In this document: positions 62,100-64,000 of the stretch, one piece after another
Layout: each line of letters starts with the position of its first letter
How positions within the stretch are numbered: position 1 is the first letter of the stretch
Origin: the human T2T-CHM13v2.0 reference genome, Homo sapiens
Length of the DNA: 64,000 nt
NCBI RefSeq assembly: GCF_009914755.1
Contig: NC_060932.1
Direction: 5' to 3' (one strand)
Translations under genes and position numbers: made by a program
The notes under the pieces: model-generated
Databases searched by the model: none
Seen by the model: only the letters and a program-made list of their open reading frames with translations
Told to the model about the DNA's origin: nothing

Positions 62100-63200
62100 C
62101 CTAGTTAGTAAACACTTCCACTTTCAGACCCTCTCCCCGTTTTCTAGTCATCAACATTCCTTTCATATCCTCATTCTCAGCTGATGAATATGCTTATTTT
62201 ATTTAAAACTTGAAACAATCAGAAAAAAAACATACTCATCCTTCCTCTACCAAACCTTCCTATTTGTGTATAGACCCAAATAATTTACCCTTCTTTTGGT
62301 TATAATAATGAACTCTTCTGATCCTCTCTACATTAATCCCTTCGTTTATGTATAGAATAACATTTGTTATTTCCTACCTAAGGATTTTATTCCTACAAAA
62401 ATTCTCTCCCCCTCTCTTCTCCCCTTCTTTACCTCTCCCCACCTCAACATTTCCCTCCACTTTACGATCATTTAAATTGGAATAAGATGAATTATCTTTC
62501 ATTTTAAAACAAAACATCTGTTAGATCCCACATTTTCAACTCTCTGCTGCCTGATTTCACACCTCCCTTTTACAGAAAAACCTTTGATAATGTTCTTTAT
62601 TTGCTGTCTCTACACTTCCCCCTTCCATTCTTTCTAGAAACTTTTCCAAGCATGCTGAAACTACTTCAGCCAATGTCACTCAAGCCCTCCAATTTTCCAA
62701 AGGCAATGCCAGTTCCTAGTATTGATCATACTTAACTTTCTGCAGCATTTGGCACAGTTAATTTCTTTCTCTCATTCTTGAAATGCTTTCTTAATGTGGC
62801 TCCAAGGATACCACACTCTCCATGTTTTGCACCTACCTCTCCAGAATCCTCCAATAGAATCAAAGATTCTATTCCTCAGATTTATTGGAGCTCCCTCCTT
62901 TCCGACCTTTAAATGTTGGCATGCCCAGGGTTTATTCTTCCACGTGGCATCTCCAGGTAATCTCCTCAGGTTTTACAGTTCCTTAACATGTGATTCACAC
63001 TGATAACCCAGATGACTTCATGATGTCTTAGCTCCAGACTAAAAAATCCACCTGCTTAATAAATAGATCTAGTATGATGTCCAATAAGTAATTGCAATTT
63101 ATATACCTAAAATAGAACTCATGATTTCCCCTCACCCTTGCAAACAACTGCTTTCAAAAGTCTCCAACTCTACTCCACCGTGCTTGAATCTAAGATTTCT
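62100..63200 (+). mobile_element. Long L2 fragment
   Basis: TCTCAGCTGATGA, TGCAGCATTTGGCACAGTT, CTTTAAATGTTGG, CTCCAGACT, AGAACTCATGATTTCCCC. Confidence 0.75.
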
Positions 63201-63324
63201 TGGAAGTAACTTAGTAGTTTTAACTAAAGGATATTATCAGGATTTCCTTAAGAGTGCATGTGTTTTCCTTTAATGATTTCTTATTTAGAAATATATTGTA
63301 CTTTCACACTTTGATGAGCTTTAA

Positions 63325-63768
63325 GGATTCTTTTAATGGTGGATACAACACAGTGACACTCAGAAGAAAGCAACTCTGTTACTTTCATCCTCATGAGAGA
63401 GTCACACAGGGAACAGCACCAGGAAACAGGGAACAGCAAACTGGAGCTACTGTGGGGGCTGCTGATGTATGGCAGGTAGTATGGGGTTCCCTAGGTTTCT
63501 CTGCATCTTTGTGGACTGGCTAATTTGAATAATTTCCAGGGCTCTGAGCTTCAGGGCATAGGCACTCTCTCTAGCAGTGTAGTAACTGGGACCAGGGAAA
63601 TTAGGGCAGGTGCTTGGTGGCCCAGAATGTGAGAACTGGATAAGGGGAGTGAGTGGAGTGTGGATTTAATCAGCTGCCCAGGAAGGGGAACTGACAGTCA
63701 CTAGTCAGGGTCTCAAAACTGGGTCAAGACAAAATTAAAGAGAAGAATAAAAAAAAAACTATATTACA
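63325..63768 (-). mobile_element. ERVL LTR (MER73/MER74/LTR53-like)
   Basis: GGACTGGCTAATTTGAATAATTTCCAGGGCTCTG, GGTGGCCCAGAATGTGAGA. Confidence 0.5.
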
Positions 63769-64000
63769 CTTGTCTTAGTATTCACACAGACACTAACACA
63801 TACACAACCCCCCCAATGTATCTATAACTCTATCTACATGTAAAGATTTGTTAATTAATCTCCAATTGATCTTTTCTTTCTTTTCTGTCACCTTTAGGTT
63901 GCTATTCCAGTTTGCTTAGTTAAGACACTTCACTACTTTTTCTTTTAGAGAGAATACTTGGATGGAGTGCTGTTGTATTTTTCTTTAACCTTGAGATGTA

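Overview
Human genomic DNA: AT-rich and CpG-depleted, with an AluYa5 carrying all five diagnostic bases. It looks intronic or intergenic and is dominated by interspersed repeats: L1 of several ages, Alu (J/S/Y/Ya5/monomer), L2, MIR, MaLR/ERVL/ERV1 LTRs and DNA-transposon remnants. I found no supportable host protein-coding exon, RNA gene or CpG island; every recognisable ORF is repeat-derived. The standout structure is an essentially full-length L1PA3/4-like element (51551-57666) with a perfect 15-bp TSD and a twin-priming inversion that flips the whole 5' half. The breakpoint falls at the end of the ORF2 endonuclease domain, so the sense promoter faces ORF1 plus EN-only ORF2, while the antisense promoter/ORF0 faces the EN-less rest of ORF2 and the L1 polyA. 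Three more inverted L1s, a young AluYa5, local tandem duplications and nested insertions are also present. Subfamily names are from recalled consensus sequences and old-repeat boundaries are approximate; confirm with RepeatMasker/Dfam. I cannot claim a new biological system from sequence alone.
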